Shown: positions 18,735 to 27,200, numbered from the stretch's first letter. The stretch is 42,854 nucleotides of DNA from Clostridia bacterium (GCA_003563985.1 PWSR01000121.1:1-42854), one strand, 5' to 3'. Translations and numbers: made by a program. The notes: generated by a model from the sequence alone, not told the origin.

Positions 18735-19214
18735 CTACCCGGACGACCCGTCGCCCTTGAGGGCGACATTGATCTCCAGCTCCCCGAACTGCGTGTGGAT
18801 GGGCATGATGAGCCGGTGGAAGTCCAGGGTCGATATGTACACTCCCTTGCCGATGACCAGGGTCGGCGGGGATATGTTGCAGTTGAACCCCTCCGCCTCC
18901 AGGTTGGTGGTGGCCATGCCCGTGATGACGTTCCCCAGTTCACCGATGGCGCTCTCGGCCAATCCATCGAAGATGGGAACCGGTTCCCCCATCATCTCGC
19001 TGACGATGGAACGTGCCGTTTCTTCCGACAGGCTGTAGAAAACCGCTCCTCGAATCGCGCCCGTCACCCCGAGGGCGACGGTTATCGCCTTGGAGGTGGT
19101 TCCCGACTTCTCCAGTCGAACCGGTCCGCGCTCGATCTCCGCCCCCACTTCGGCCTCGAGCACATAGCAGGCCGCCCCGATAAACGGATTGATGAACCTG
19201 ACATTGAGGGACAT
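18735..19214 (-). CDS. cheX: CheX-type CheY-P phosphatase (CheC/CheX/FliY family)
   Basis: 159 aa with a single family signature, S-x3-E-x2-N (AESAIGELGNVITG). The size and single active-site motif fit CheX rather than CheC. It is the last gene of the che operon. Confidence 0.7.
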   Translation of the reverse strand: MSLNVRFINPFIGAACYVLEAEVGAEIERGPVRLEKSGTTSKAITVALGVTGAIRGAVFYSLSEETARSIVSEMMGEPVPIFDGLAESAIGELGNVITGMATTNLEAEGFNCNISPPTLVIGKGVYISTLDFHRLIMPIHTQFGELEINVALKGDGSSG

Positions 19215-19234
19215 ATCCCCTCTCCTTCCCCGAG

Positions 19235-20125
19235 TTAGCCCGACTCCGGCTTCCGGCGGTAAAAGAAGGCCGCCGCATTTTCCAGTCCCAGGGAGTCGGC
19301 GTTGAAGATGATCTCGGTGCCGCCGACGAAGAGATATCCCCCGGGTTTTAGCGCTTCGCAGAGTCGGCGGTAGAGGCCTCGTTTTGCCTCTTCCGTGAAA
19401 TATATCGTCACATTCCGGCAGATTATCAAGTCGAAGTCACCCTCGAAATCGCTTCGGAAGAGATCTTCCATGCGGAACGAGACCGACCGACGGATCGATT
19501 CGTCCACCCGGTAGAGGGACTCCCGGGTGCCGTCGGTCGCCCGCCGCCAGGGCAGTGGATACGCGCTCTCGGGTAGAGAGTCCGCGGGGCTGAAGCATCG
19601 ATCCCGCATGCCCCGCGGCACATTGCGCAGTTCGCTCTCCCAGTAGGTGGCGGCCCGGGCGCGGAGGATCACCTCTTCATCGATGTCCGTGCCCAGGACC
19701 CGCGACCGATCCAGGACCCCGTGCTTCGCCAGGATCATGGCCACGCTATAGGCTTCGCAGCCGATACTGGACCCCGCACTCCAGGCAGCCAGGCGGGAAT
19801 TCCGCGACAACAGCTCCGGCACGATGTGGGAATCCAGGTATTCGAAGCGCACCGGGTCCCGGAAGAACTCGGATACATTGATGGACATCCGGCCCTTGAA
19901 ATCCCGCAGCATCTCCGGGTCCTCTCGAAGCCTCCGCAGGAGCGTGCCGTAGCTATCCATGTCGTGGCGCCGCAGCACCGAGTCCAGCAGGCGTTTCATC
20001 TGGTTGGCCTTGTATTGGTTCAGGTCCATACCGGTCAGTTCATATACCTTTCGCGCCACGACCCGGTAGGCCGCATCGTCGAGATCTTTGGTTCCGGCCA
20101 GGGATACTTCGTCCGCTCTCGTCAT
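19235..20125 (-). CDS. cheR: chemotaxis protein-glutamate O-methyltransferase CheR
   Basis: 296 aa with an N-terminal helical domain and the SAM-binding region AWSAGSSIGCEAYSVAM...IICRNVTIYF. Confidence 0.9.
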   Translation of the reverse strand: MTRADEVSLAGTKDLDDAAYRVVARKVYELTGMDLNQYKANQMKRLLDSVLRRHDMDSYGTLLRRLREDPEMLRDFKGRMSINVSEFFRDPVRFEYLDSHIVPELLSRNSRLAAWSAGSSIGCEAYSVAMILAKHGVLDRSRVLGTDIDEEVILRARAATYWESELRNVPRGMRDRCFSPADSLPESAYPLPWRRATDGTRESLYRVDESIRRSVSFRMEDLFRSDFEGDFDLIICRNVTIYFTEEAKRGLYRRLCEALKPGGYLFVGGTEIIFNADSLGLENAAAFFYRRKPESG

Positions 20126-20763
20126 TGCCCTCCGCCTTTCGTCACCGAGGAACGGGCGTACCGCGCTTCGATGCTTTGGGTGTACCAGTCGACGTAATCA
20201 CCGATGGCGGACAGAGGCAATATCCGGTCCGCAGCACCCTCCTCGACCACCGCCTTCGGCATGCCAAACACCACGCAGGATGCCTCATCCTGGACCACGA
20301 CGTGCCCTCCCTTCTCCTTGACCATCCGGGCCCCTTCGGCGCCATCCCGGCCCATCCCGGTGAGTACTACGGCCAACAGCCGAGTCCGGAATAGCGAGGC
20401 GACGGACTCGAGGGTGGTGTCCACCGAGGGTCGCACACCGTTGCGCGGAGGATCGTCGTTGAGGCGGATGCTCAGGCGAGGACCGACCACCAGGTGGCGC
20501 CCGCCGGCCGCCATCAGGGCCACACTCGGCCGGAGTCGATCCCCGTCGACGGCCTCCTGCACGCGCATCGGCACCAGGGCGTTCAACCGGTCCGCCAGGG
20601 AACGGGTAAACTCCGGCATCATGTGCTGGATCAGGAGAACGGGAAAGGGATAGTTCGCCGGCAGTGCCTTCATGACTTCCAACAGGGCACCCGGGCCGCC
20701 AGTCGAGGATCCTACGACCAGAAGACCCGAGGGAATCACCCGCACCACCGGATTTTCAACCAC
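20122..20763 (-). CDS. cheB: chemotaxis protein-glutamate methylesterase CheB, catalytic domain only (no receiver domain)
   Basis: 213 aa with the catalytic elements GSSTGGPGAL (Ser), IQHMMPEFT (His) and LTGMGRDG (Asp). GTG start is only 21 nt after the cheY stop, so there is no room for a REC domain. It overlaps the cheR start by 4 nt. Confidence 0.85.
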   Translation of the reverse strand: MVENPVVRVIPSGLLVVGSSTGGPGALLEVMKALPANYPFPVLLIQHMMPEFTRSLADRLNALVPMRVQEAVDGDRLRPSVALMAAGGRHLVVGPRLSIRLNDDPPRNGVRPSVDTTLESVASLFRTRLLAVVLTGMGRDGAEGARMVKEKGGHVVVQDEASCVVFGMPKAVVEEGAADRILPLSAIGDYVDWYTQSIEARYARSSVTKGGGQ

Positions 20764-20784
20764 GCCCGTCCACCCCTCTTCGGT

Positions 20785-21141
20785 TCAAGCGAGATGCTTT
20801 CTGACGGTATCCAGAACGTTTTCGGGCTTGAAGGGTTTTACCAGGAAATCCTTCGCACCCTCCTTGATGGCCGACAGGACTACCCGCTGCTGCCCGAGGG
20901 CACTGCTCATGACCACCCGGGCGCCACCATCCAGCGCCCGGATCTGCTTGAGCGCCTCCAATCCATCCATGACGGGCATGGTAATATCCATCAGGACCAG
21001 GTCGGGACGCTCCTTCTCGTAGGCGTGCACGGCCTCCTGGCCGTTTCCCGCCTCGACGATCTCAAATCCTTCCGCCGAGAGCAGCTTGCGGTAGCGAAGC
21101 CTCATGAACTCGGCATCGTCGACGACCAGTATCTTATTCAT
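20785..21141 (-). CDS. cheY: single-domain response regulator CheY
   Basis: Trimmed to ATG 21141 (MNKILVVDDAEFMRL...). It has the phospho-acceptor context LVLMDITMPVMDG and the conserved KPF. The ATGAATAA overlap with the cheA stop spans 8 nt. Confidence 0.9.
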   Translation of the reverse strand: MNKILVVDDAEFMRLRYRKLLSAEGFEIVEAGNGQEAVHAYEKERPDLVLMDITMPVMDGLEALKQIRALDGGARVVMSSALGQQRVVLSAIKEGAKDFLVKPFKPENVLDTVRKHLA

Positions 21142-23191
21142 TGATGGCCCTCCTCGCCGTCCTGCGCATCTCCTTGAATAGTCCGTTGGCATCGAGAATC
21201 AGTGCGACGGAACCGTCGGGTCGGATGGTGGCCGAGGAAAGCCCGGGGATGTTACCGATGGGCCGGCGAAGGGGCTTGATCACGCTCTCCTCTTCACCCA
21301 GAAGGTCGTCCACCAACAACCCGTAATCCCGCCGGTCCATGCTCAGCACCACGATGTACTTCTCATCGCCGCCGGCAATGGCCCCGGAGGAATCGGGAAA
21401 GAAGTCCCGGAGACGGAATAGCGGGATGAAATCCCCGCGGAAGGGGAGCATCGGGGTGTCACCGGTCCTGTGCAAGTCCACGGCCTCGAGGCGTATGGTC
21501 TCCCGAATGCTGCCCAGGGGGATCACGTACACCTGCCGGGCGATTTCCACCAGCAACGACCGCACCGTGGTGACGGTCAGGGGCAGGGAGAGCCGGAACG
21601 TGGATCCGCGGCCGGGACGGTTCTCCACGATCACCGTTCCGTTGACGTCTTCCACCTCCCGCCGGACCACGTCCAATCCCACGCCCCGGCCGGAGATCTC
21701 GGTCACGCTCTCGGAGGTACTAAATCCGGGACTGAACAACAGGTCCAGTAGGTCCTCTTCGCTCATCCGCCTTTCGGCGTCCGAATCCAGGAGGCCCCGC
21801 GCCCGGGCCCGAGCCGCGATGGCCTCGACGTCGAGGCCACCTCCGTCGTCGCTCACCTCCACCACGATGAAGTTCTCCTGTCGAAAGGCGGAAAGCCGGA
21901 TCGTTCCCGCGGGGTCCTTACCCGCGCCCCGCCGGACCTCCGGATCCTCGATGCCGTGGTCGACGGCATTGCGCAGCAGGTGGATCATGGGGTCCCCGAT
22001 AGCATCCAGCAGGCTGCGATCGATTTCGGTGTCCCCGCCGTCGGTTTGGAAGTGGAATTCCTTCCCCGATGATTTCTTGAGGTTCCGCATCATCCTGGGG
22101 AATCGCCGAAATAGGCTGTCCAGGGGAACTAGCCGGGTCTGCATGATGTCTTCCTGCAGGGTGGTGGTGATGCCCGCCATCTGCTCCACCGTCGCCTGCA
22201 TCTCTTCGGACAAATCCCGCATCCCGTGATCCGACAACGTCTCGATCAGGCTGCTCAGGCGATTCCGGGTGATTACCATTTCCACGACCTGGTTCATCAG
22301 GCGGTCCATGAGACTGACGTCCACCCGGATTTGCCGGGTGTCCGCGGAACGGGCGATCCCGGCATCGGCCGACTTACCCTCGTCGACCTCCGACTCCGCT
22401 CCGCTCTCCCCCGCGAGGTCCTCCCCGGTGGAGGTTCCAAAGCGTACGTGGATTACCCCTTCGATCTCGTGGAGCGCCTCGGCGATCTCCCCGCGCTCCC
22501 ACGGTTCGGAAATGCGGCAGAGAATTCGCCCCCCATCCTCCATGGCGCCGGCGTCGATATCATCCTTGGAGGGATCCGATACCAGTTCGGAACCCATTTC
22601 TTCGCAGGCCATGATCGCCTGCAGGGCTCGAACGGCCGGAATATCCGTCTCCTCTGAAACCTCGATCTCCACCACCAGGGCGGAGCCCTCGACAGCGGTG
22701 CCGGGGGCTCCGCCGCCACGAAACAGGTCCGAATCGGAACGGGAGTCGCCCGCATACTCCTCGCTGGCCCGATCCGAAATCGACTGCATGTCCCGAATGA
22801 GGGAAGCGGACACCGCGGGCATTTCCCCGCCCTCAGCCAGGGCAGAAGTCAGGGAGCGCATCTCGTCGACGGTTCGAAGAAGCAGGTCGGCGACGTCTCC
22901 AGAGGGGGCGATCGTTCCATCCCGGACACCCTGCATCAAGTCCTCGGCGGCGTGTGCGAGGGAGGCCATTGCCTCCCATCCCACCGAACTCGCGTTCCCC
23001 TTCAGGGTGTGCATCGCCCGAAACAGGGTATCCAATCTCTCCTCGTCGCCGGCGCGCCGGCCGAATGAATCGGACGCCGCCTCCATCTGCAGGAGAACGC
23101 CCTCGGCGCCATCCAGTTCCTCCTCGGCCTCGGCGACCAGGGTGATCAATTCTTCCTCGCTCAGTTCAATGTCTTCGGAATCCCAGTCCAT
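21134..23191 (-). CDS. cheA: chemotaxis histidine kinase CheA
   Basis: Trimmed to ATG 23191 (MDWDSEDIELSEEEL...), which overlaps the cheW stop by 1 nt. It has the Hpt His box FRAMHTLKGNASSVG. The HATPase region is HLLRNAVDHGIE...DDGGGLD...GRGVGLDVV. A C-terminal CheW-like domain is present. Confidence 0.9.
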   Translation of the reverse strand: MDWDSEDIELSEEELITLVAEAEEELDGAEGVLLQMEAASDSFGRRAGDEERLDTLFRAMHTLKGNASSVGWEAMASLAHAAEDLMQGVRDGTIAPSGDVADLLLRTVDEMRSLTSALAEGGEMPAVSASLIRDMQSISDRASEEYAGDSRSDSDLFRGGGAPGTAVEGSALVVEIEVSEETDIPAVRALQAIMACEEMGSELVSDPSKDDIDAGAMEDGGRILCRISEPWERGEIAEALHEIEGVIHVRFGTSTGEDLAGESGAESEVDEGKSADAGIARSADTRQIRVDVSLMDRLMNQVVEMVITRNRLSSLIETLSDHGMRDLSEEMQATVEQMAGITTTLQEDIMQTRLVPLDSLFRRFPRMMRNLKKSSGKEFHFQTDGGDTEIDRSLLDAIGDPMIHLLRNAVDHGIEDPEVRRGAGKDPAGTIRLSAFRQENFIVVEVSDDGGGLDVEAIAARARARGLLDSDAERRMSEEDLLDLLFSPGFSTSESVTEISGRGVGLDVVRREVEDVNGTVIVENRPGRGSTFRLSLPLTVTTVRSLLVEIARQVYVIPLGSIRETIRLEAVDLHRTGDTPMLPFRGDFIPLFRLRDFFPDSSGAIAGGDEKYIVVLSMDRRDYGLLVDDLLGEEESVIKPLRRPIGNIPGLSSATIRPDGSVALILDANGLFKEMRRTARRAINE

Positions 23192-23661
23192 CAGGCACCC
23201 ACCTCCTTCTCCTCCGGTACCAGGCCCGCCGGATCCAGGATCAGCAGCGGCCCATCTGCCCGGGACAGCACACCGATCACCGCGTCCGCGCGATCCCGGG
23301 CCACCATCAACTCGTCGGTATCCTCGATCCGGGCGAAGTCGGCCCGATCCACCTGCGTGACCTCGTCCACCATCAGGGCGACCGCCAAGTCCTCCGCGTC
23401 GTCGGGGATCTCCACCACCAGGGCCAGCCCCTCTTCCCATGGTGCGTCATCGTCCCGGGTGGTACCCTCCAGTTCCACCACGGGGATGATATCCCCGCGC
23501 AGATTGATCACCCCCGCCACCGACGGCGGAGCGCCGGGCACGAAGGTCATGTCACCCACAGGAATGATGCTGCGGATGGCCTCCGTCTTCATGCCGTATT
23601 CCTGCCCGTGGATCAAGAAAGTCACCATGGACCGGCTTTCGGATTTCTCTTTGGAACTCAT
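23191..23661 (-). CDS. cheW: chemotaxis coupling protein CheW
   Basis: 156 aa. FLIHGQEYGMKTEAIRSIIPVGDMTFVPGAPPSVAGVINLRGDIIPVVEL is a textbook CheW-domain core. An AAGGTGG Shine-Dalgarno lies 9 nt upstream. Confidence 0.9.
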   Translation of the reverse strand: MSSKEKSESRSMVTFLIHGQEYGMKTEAIRSIIPVGDMTFVPGAPPSVAGVINLRGDIIPVVELEGTTRDDDAPWEEGLALVVEIPDDAEDLAVALMVDEVTQVDRADFARIEDTDELMVARDRADAVIGVLSRADGPLLILDPAGLVPEEKEVGA

Positions 23662-23840
23662 GGAAGATACCCACCTTTCCCCAAGCCTTCTCCTCTACTA
23701 GGTATCGGGTATTGGGCCCCGGAAGTTGAGTCCTTCGTCTGCCGGGATGGGGGAAGTCGGGGCGTGCCATGATATGGATGGGGATTGGGCTTTCAAAGGG
23801 GAGGAAGGTCTCCGGAGATCCGGGATCTCCACCGGGACAG

Positions 23841-25361
23841 TTAGACGTTCCGGCCGGGGGACGCGCGTTCCGATCGCGATCCCAGCTCGCGGCAGAGGTC
23901 GATGCAGCGCTCGATCACGCGCGGGGTCACCTGCAGTCGCGCCGCCAGTTCTTCGTTGGAGAGACCCGAATCGACGAGTTCCGAGAGTCGGCAGAAACAT
24001 TCGACGTACTGCTCCACGCGGGCGGGATTCGCCCCGGTATCCTCGACGATCGAGGAGGGATCCTCTCCGCGGCAAAAACGCCGGATGATCTCCTCGATTC
24101 CCGCCAGGTTGGGTTCCATCCCGGCCACCCTCCGGCGCGTATAGGACTTGAGATCCTCGTTCGCCGCGATGATTCGTCCGACGGCGTCGGTGGAGAGCCC
24201 CAGCAGGTACGCGAGATCGTAGTGGGACAGCGAGGCCCCCTGTTCGTACGCCTCGATCGCCATCCGGCGCAGCCTGCGGATCCTGAGCGCCGCGGGACTT
24301 TGTACATCCAGGAACTCGTGGTCCCCGGGATGCAGGTAGTCGAGCACCACGGGCATCAAGCGCATGTCATCCAGGGCCCGGGCCGGCGGCTGATCGGCCC
24401 CGACGGCGAAGTAGATGATGGATCCGTCCCCCCTGGGGTGGCCCAGTCGCTCCGATATTTGTTCCAACCGGGACAGCATCGACAGGGCCGCCGGGGGCGG
24501 ATATCCATACCGGTGGATCAAGCAGAGGTGCAGGTCTCCATCGTAGGGATCCCCGGGATTCGCCGCCTCCCCCATGCGGTGCGGTGAGGACACCTCGGGA
24601 TCCAGTTCGCGGATCAATTCGAACCAACCCCGCACCATGGGAGCGGGAAGATCCAGGTCCGCCGCCACCGCCACGGGATCCCGCTGTCCACGGACGAATC
24701 GACGGTAGGAGAGGGCATACCCGCGGCACCACGTCCGCCAGCGCGCCGTGGGAAACAGCATGCGTCGGCGCAGTTCCTCGAGGGGGGTACCCGATAAATA
24801 CTCTCCGACGGCCAACACGGCCCGGAGGTCTTCCCAGAAGTCGCGATAGGTTCGGGAGGTACCGGCCAGGGGCAGGAAGGCGCCGCAGGTCCAAAGTGCC
24901 TTCAGGCGGTTCTTCAGAGCGCGGAGGGAGAGGGGGAATAACAGGGCCAGGCGACCCCCGTCGAAGGATGCATCCGCGGCACAGGCATCCTCGAGGACGC
25001 GGGCCATCCGCGAGGTCAGCGCCCCGGCACTGCCCATCTGCTCGAGGATCTCCACATCCTCTTCGGCGATGATGGACAGTTCGACGGTCTTCTGCGGCTG
25101 ATGGGATCGCCGGCGCTTCGCGTAGAACTCCCGCCCATCGATGAGGGACGTGCGGATGGTCCCGAGTGCCCGGGGCAGGCGAAGGGTCACGAAGGCCGCC
25201 GCATCCCGGGCGAGGCCGGAGGGCATGCCCCGGGGGGGCGGTAACCATTCCCGGATCTCGCCGGCCAGGTAGGCGGCGAGGTTCTTCCGGCGCACCGAGG
25301 CTGCCTGGCCCCGGAGACGGGTACCCCTGGATTCCGTATTCAAGACGGCTCGGACCCCCAA
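23841..25361 (-). CDS. hypothetical protein with C-terminal multiple helix-turn-helix-like segments (possibly DUF1670-like)
   Basis: This 506-aa frame has a balanced L/E/D/A/I/Y composition, unlike the overlapping Arg/Pro/Gly shadow frame 24367..25482. The C-terminal ~150 aa contains three HTH-like stretches: SLSHYDLAYLLGLSTDAVGRIIAANEDL, PSSIVEDTGANPARVEQYVECF and LSNEELAARLQVTPRVIERCIDLC. The DUF1670 assignment is recalled from the architecture, not from a search. The start codon is uncertain (TTG 25361 has a poorly spaced Shine-Dalgarno). Confidence 0.5.
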   Translation of the reverse strand: MGVRAVLNTESRGTRLRGQAASVRRKNLAAYLAGEIREWLPPPRGMPSGLARDAAAFVTLRLPRALGTIRTSLIDGREFYAKRRRSHQPQKTVELSIIAEEDVEILEQMGSAGALTSRMARVLEDACAADASFDGGRLALLFPLSLRALKNRLKALWTCGAFLPLAGTSRTYRDFWEDLRAVLAVGEYLSGTPLEELRRRMLFPTARWRTWCRGYALSYRRFVRGQRDPVAVAADLDLPAPMVRGWFELIRELDPEVSSPHRMGEAANPGDPYDGDLHLCLIHRYGYPPPAALSMLSRLEQISERLGHPRGDGSIIYFAVGADQPPARALDDMRLMPVVLDYLHPGDHEFLDVQSPAALRIRRLRRMAIEAYEQGASLSHYDLAYLLGLSTDAVGRIIAANEDLKSYTRRRVAGMEPNLAGIEEIIRRFCRGEDPSSIVEDTGANPARVEQYVECFCRLSELVDSGLSNEELAARLQVTPRVIERCIDLCRELGSRSERASPGRNV

Positions 25362-25402
25362 GTCCTTGGTCCACCCGGCGACCGCGTCGGATCCCGGGCA
25401 AG

Positions 25403-25434
25403 ACGCGGGGGGACGATATTACGTCCCCCCGCGT
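25403..25434 (-). terminator. strong hairpin downstream of the 5-domain FMN-binding gene
   Basis: ACGCGGGGGGACG-atatta-CGTCCCCCCGCGT forms a perfect 13-bp stem with a 6-nt loop, 45 nt after the stop at 25479. The flanks are only weakly T-rich. Confidence 0.55.
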
Positions 25435-25478
25435 TGGACTATATCGCGTTGCGCACCCGGTTCTCCCGGTACGCGGGT

Positions 25479-27200
25479 TCAATCCGCTTCGGAGAGGGCT
25501 ACTCGTACCGCTTCCATGACGGCCTCCATGATGGCGACACTCGTGGCCGTGGCACCCGAGTAGGCATCCACTTCGATCTCCTGGTCTTCCACGATCTGCC
25601 CGGTTACCGCGTCGATGGCGGGTTCCGCCAATTCGGGGGTTTCCTCGTGTTCGACGATTTCCACCCGAACCAATCGACCCTCCGAGAACTCGACTTCCAC
25701 AACGACCTCGCCGCGATATCCCTGGGCCGAGCCCCGGTAGGTTCCATCGGGAATCACCGACAGATCGATGTCTTCGACGTCGCCATCGTTCTCCGCCAGG
25801 GCCCGTCGAGCGGCATACTCGATGGCGCTCATGATGGCCTCGCTGGTAGCCGTGGCGCCCGAATGGGCGTCCACGTAGATGCGCTGGCGCGCCAAGATTT
25901 CATCGGTGACGGACGAGATGGCGGGATCCGCCAGGTCCGGGGTTTCCTCGTGATCCAGGATACCGATCCGAACGATCTCCCCATCCTGGAACTCCACCTC
26001 GACGGTGATGGTTCCCCGGTATCCCTCGCCGGAGCCGCGATACGTGCCATCGGGGATCCGGGAGAAGTCGATCTCTTCACCGACCTCTTCTGCCTGCAGG
26101 AGGGACGTTTTCACCGCGGAAATGATGGCCATGGTGGTCTCAGTGGCGCCGGAGTAGGCGTCCACGTCGATCCTCTGTTCTTCCAGCATGCGCCGCGGAA
26201 TGAGCCGGGCCACGTCGGCGATGTACTCATGCACCTCGTAGATATCCACGACCTCGATCCGGACGAGTCTACCTCCTCGGACTTCGACTTCCACCTCGAC
26301 GCTACCGGCATAACCCATTGCCTGCCCGGTGTAGATCCCATCGGGGACCTCAGCCAGGTCGAAATCGGGATCTTCCATACCCATGGCGAACAGCGCAGAT
26401 TCCACCGCCTCGATTACGCCCCAGGTCGTGGCGGTGGCGCCGGAGTAGACATCGACTTCTGTGGTTTGCTTCTCCACCATCTCGGGTGGGACCCGTTCGA
26501 TGGCCGGACCGCCGATGCCGGGGGTCTCGTCGTGCTCTACCACGTCCACGCGGATCAATTGACCTCCGCTAATTTCCACTTCCACGACGATATTTCCACC
26601 GTAACCGCGGCCGCTACCCCGGTAGACTCCATCCGCGACCTCGTCGATGTCCTTGCCGGTGGCGACTCCCGCCATCATCGACGACCAGCGACTCAAGGCA
26701 TCGGCCACCGCGCCGGCGACGGCCTGGCCCGACACCGTGGCGCCCGCCAATCCGTCGAGGTCTTCGTTGATGGCCAGCGGATCCTCGCGGGTCTTCCCTT
26801 CGAATTGCGCGCGGAACCACTCCCGCTCGATGTTCGACCCGAGGCCCGGTGTCTCGGTGTGGCTCAAGATCTTCAACGGGGCCGCTACCTCGCCCGAGTT
26901 ATCGATACCGACAAGGACGGAAATCTCTCCGGCATAGCCCTGGCGCTCCACCAGGACCGCGTGGCCGACCGTGCCGCCCGGCGCGGAGCCCTCGTACATC
27001 TGCCCGCCGTCCCATTCGTCCACCAGCTCGAAGGTTTCCGCCTCGGGTAGGACCTCGGCCAACCCCTCCTGCAGTTGACGTTCCCGGTTTTCGTCGATCA
27101 GGGGCTGTGTCGTCGTCGCGGTAAAGGCCAGGGCCAGGGCCGCGATGGCGCAGACGATCATGAGGAACGATCCGGTTCGAATTACATCCAACACTTTCAC
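25479..27200 (-). CDS. membrane-anchored protein with five tandem FMN-binding (FMN_bind) domains: one RnfG/NqrC-like plus four PplA-like
   Basis: It has an N-terminal TM helix (GSFLMIVCAIAALALAFTATT). The RnfG-like domain contains VLVGIDNSGEVAAPLKILSHTETPGLG and DGLAGATVSG. Four further repeats each end in a D-x-[YH]-SGAT-x-T/S flavinylation-type motif: DVYSGATATT, DAYSGATETT, DAHSGATATS, DAYSGATATS. I prefer GTG 27200 (AGAGGTGA Shine-Dalgarno about 6 nt upstream). The longest ORF starts at ATG 27251 but has no Shine-Dalgarno. Confidence 0.8.
   Translation of the reverse strand: MKVLDVIRTGSFLMIVCAIAALALAFTATTTQPLIDENRERQLQEGLAEVLPEAETFELVDEWDGGQMYEGSAPGGTVGHAVLVERQGYAGEISVLVGIDNSGEVAAPLKILSHTETPGLGSNIEREWFRAQFEGKTREDPLAINEDLDGLAGATVSGQAVAGAVADALSRWSSMMAGVATGKDIDEVADGVYRGSGRGYGGNIVVEVEISGGQLIRVDVVEHDETPGIGGPAIERVPPEMVEKQTTEVDVYSGATATTWGVIEAVESALFAMGMEDPDFDLAEVPDGIYTGQAMGYAGSVEVEVEVRGGRLVRIEVVDIYEVHEYIADVARLIPRRMLEEQRIDVDAYSGATETTMAIISAVKTSLLQAEEVGEEIDFSRIPDGTYRGSGEGYRGTITVEVEFQDGEIVRIGILDHEETPDLADPAISSVTDEILARQRIYVDAHSGATATSEAIMSAIEYAARRALAENDGDVEDIDLSVIPDGTYRGSAQGYRGEVVVEVEFSEGRLVRVEIVEHEETPELAEPAIDAVTGQIVEDQEIEVDAYSGATATSVAIMEAVMEAVRVALSEAD
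25482..26657 (-). repeat. intragenic tandem array of four ~97-101-codon FMN_bind domain repeats
   Basis: Each unit has the pattern [DE]-x-x-[IV]-[PA]-DG-x-Y-x-G-x-x-x-GY-x-G-x-[IV]-x-VEVE...DV/DA-YSGAT. The candidate flavinylated Thr codons lie at 26433-26435, 26142-26144, 25851-25853 and 25548-25550, giving spacings of 97, 97 and 101 codons. The DNA copies are clearly diverged. Confidence 0.8.

Noticed and set aside
24367-25482. 371-aa minus-strand ORF overlapping the 506-aa hypothetical gene in another frame.
   Set aside because: Its composition is dominated by Arg/Pro/Gly (PGSLGAPEEPRRLPGRRDPG...), typical of an off-frame translation. The 506-aa frame has protein-like composition and HTH-like segments.
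25434-27050. 538-aa plus-strand ORF antisense to the 5-domain FMN_bind gene, itself showing internal periodicity (recurrent G-x-G-V-H-V-D).
   Set aside because: The periodicity is just the mirror of the sense-strand domain repeats. The sense frame carries the TM helix, the RnfG-like motifs and the SGAT sites. The same reasoning applies to 27197..27739 and 27381..28169, which are antisense to the lipoprotein gene.
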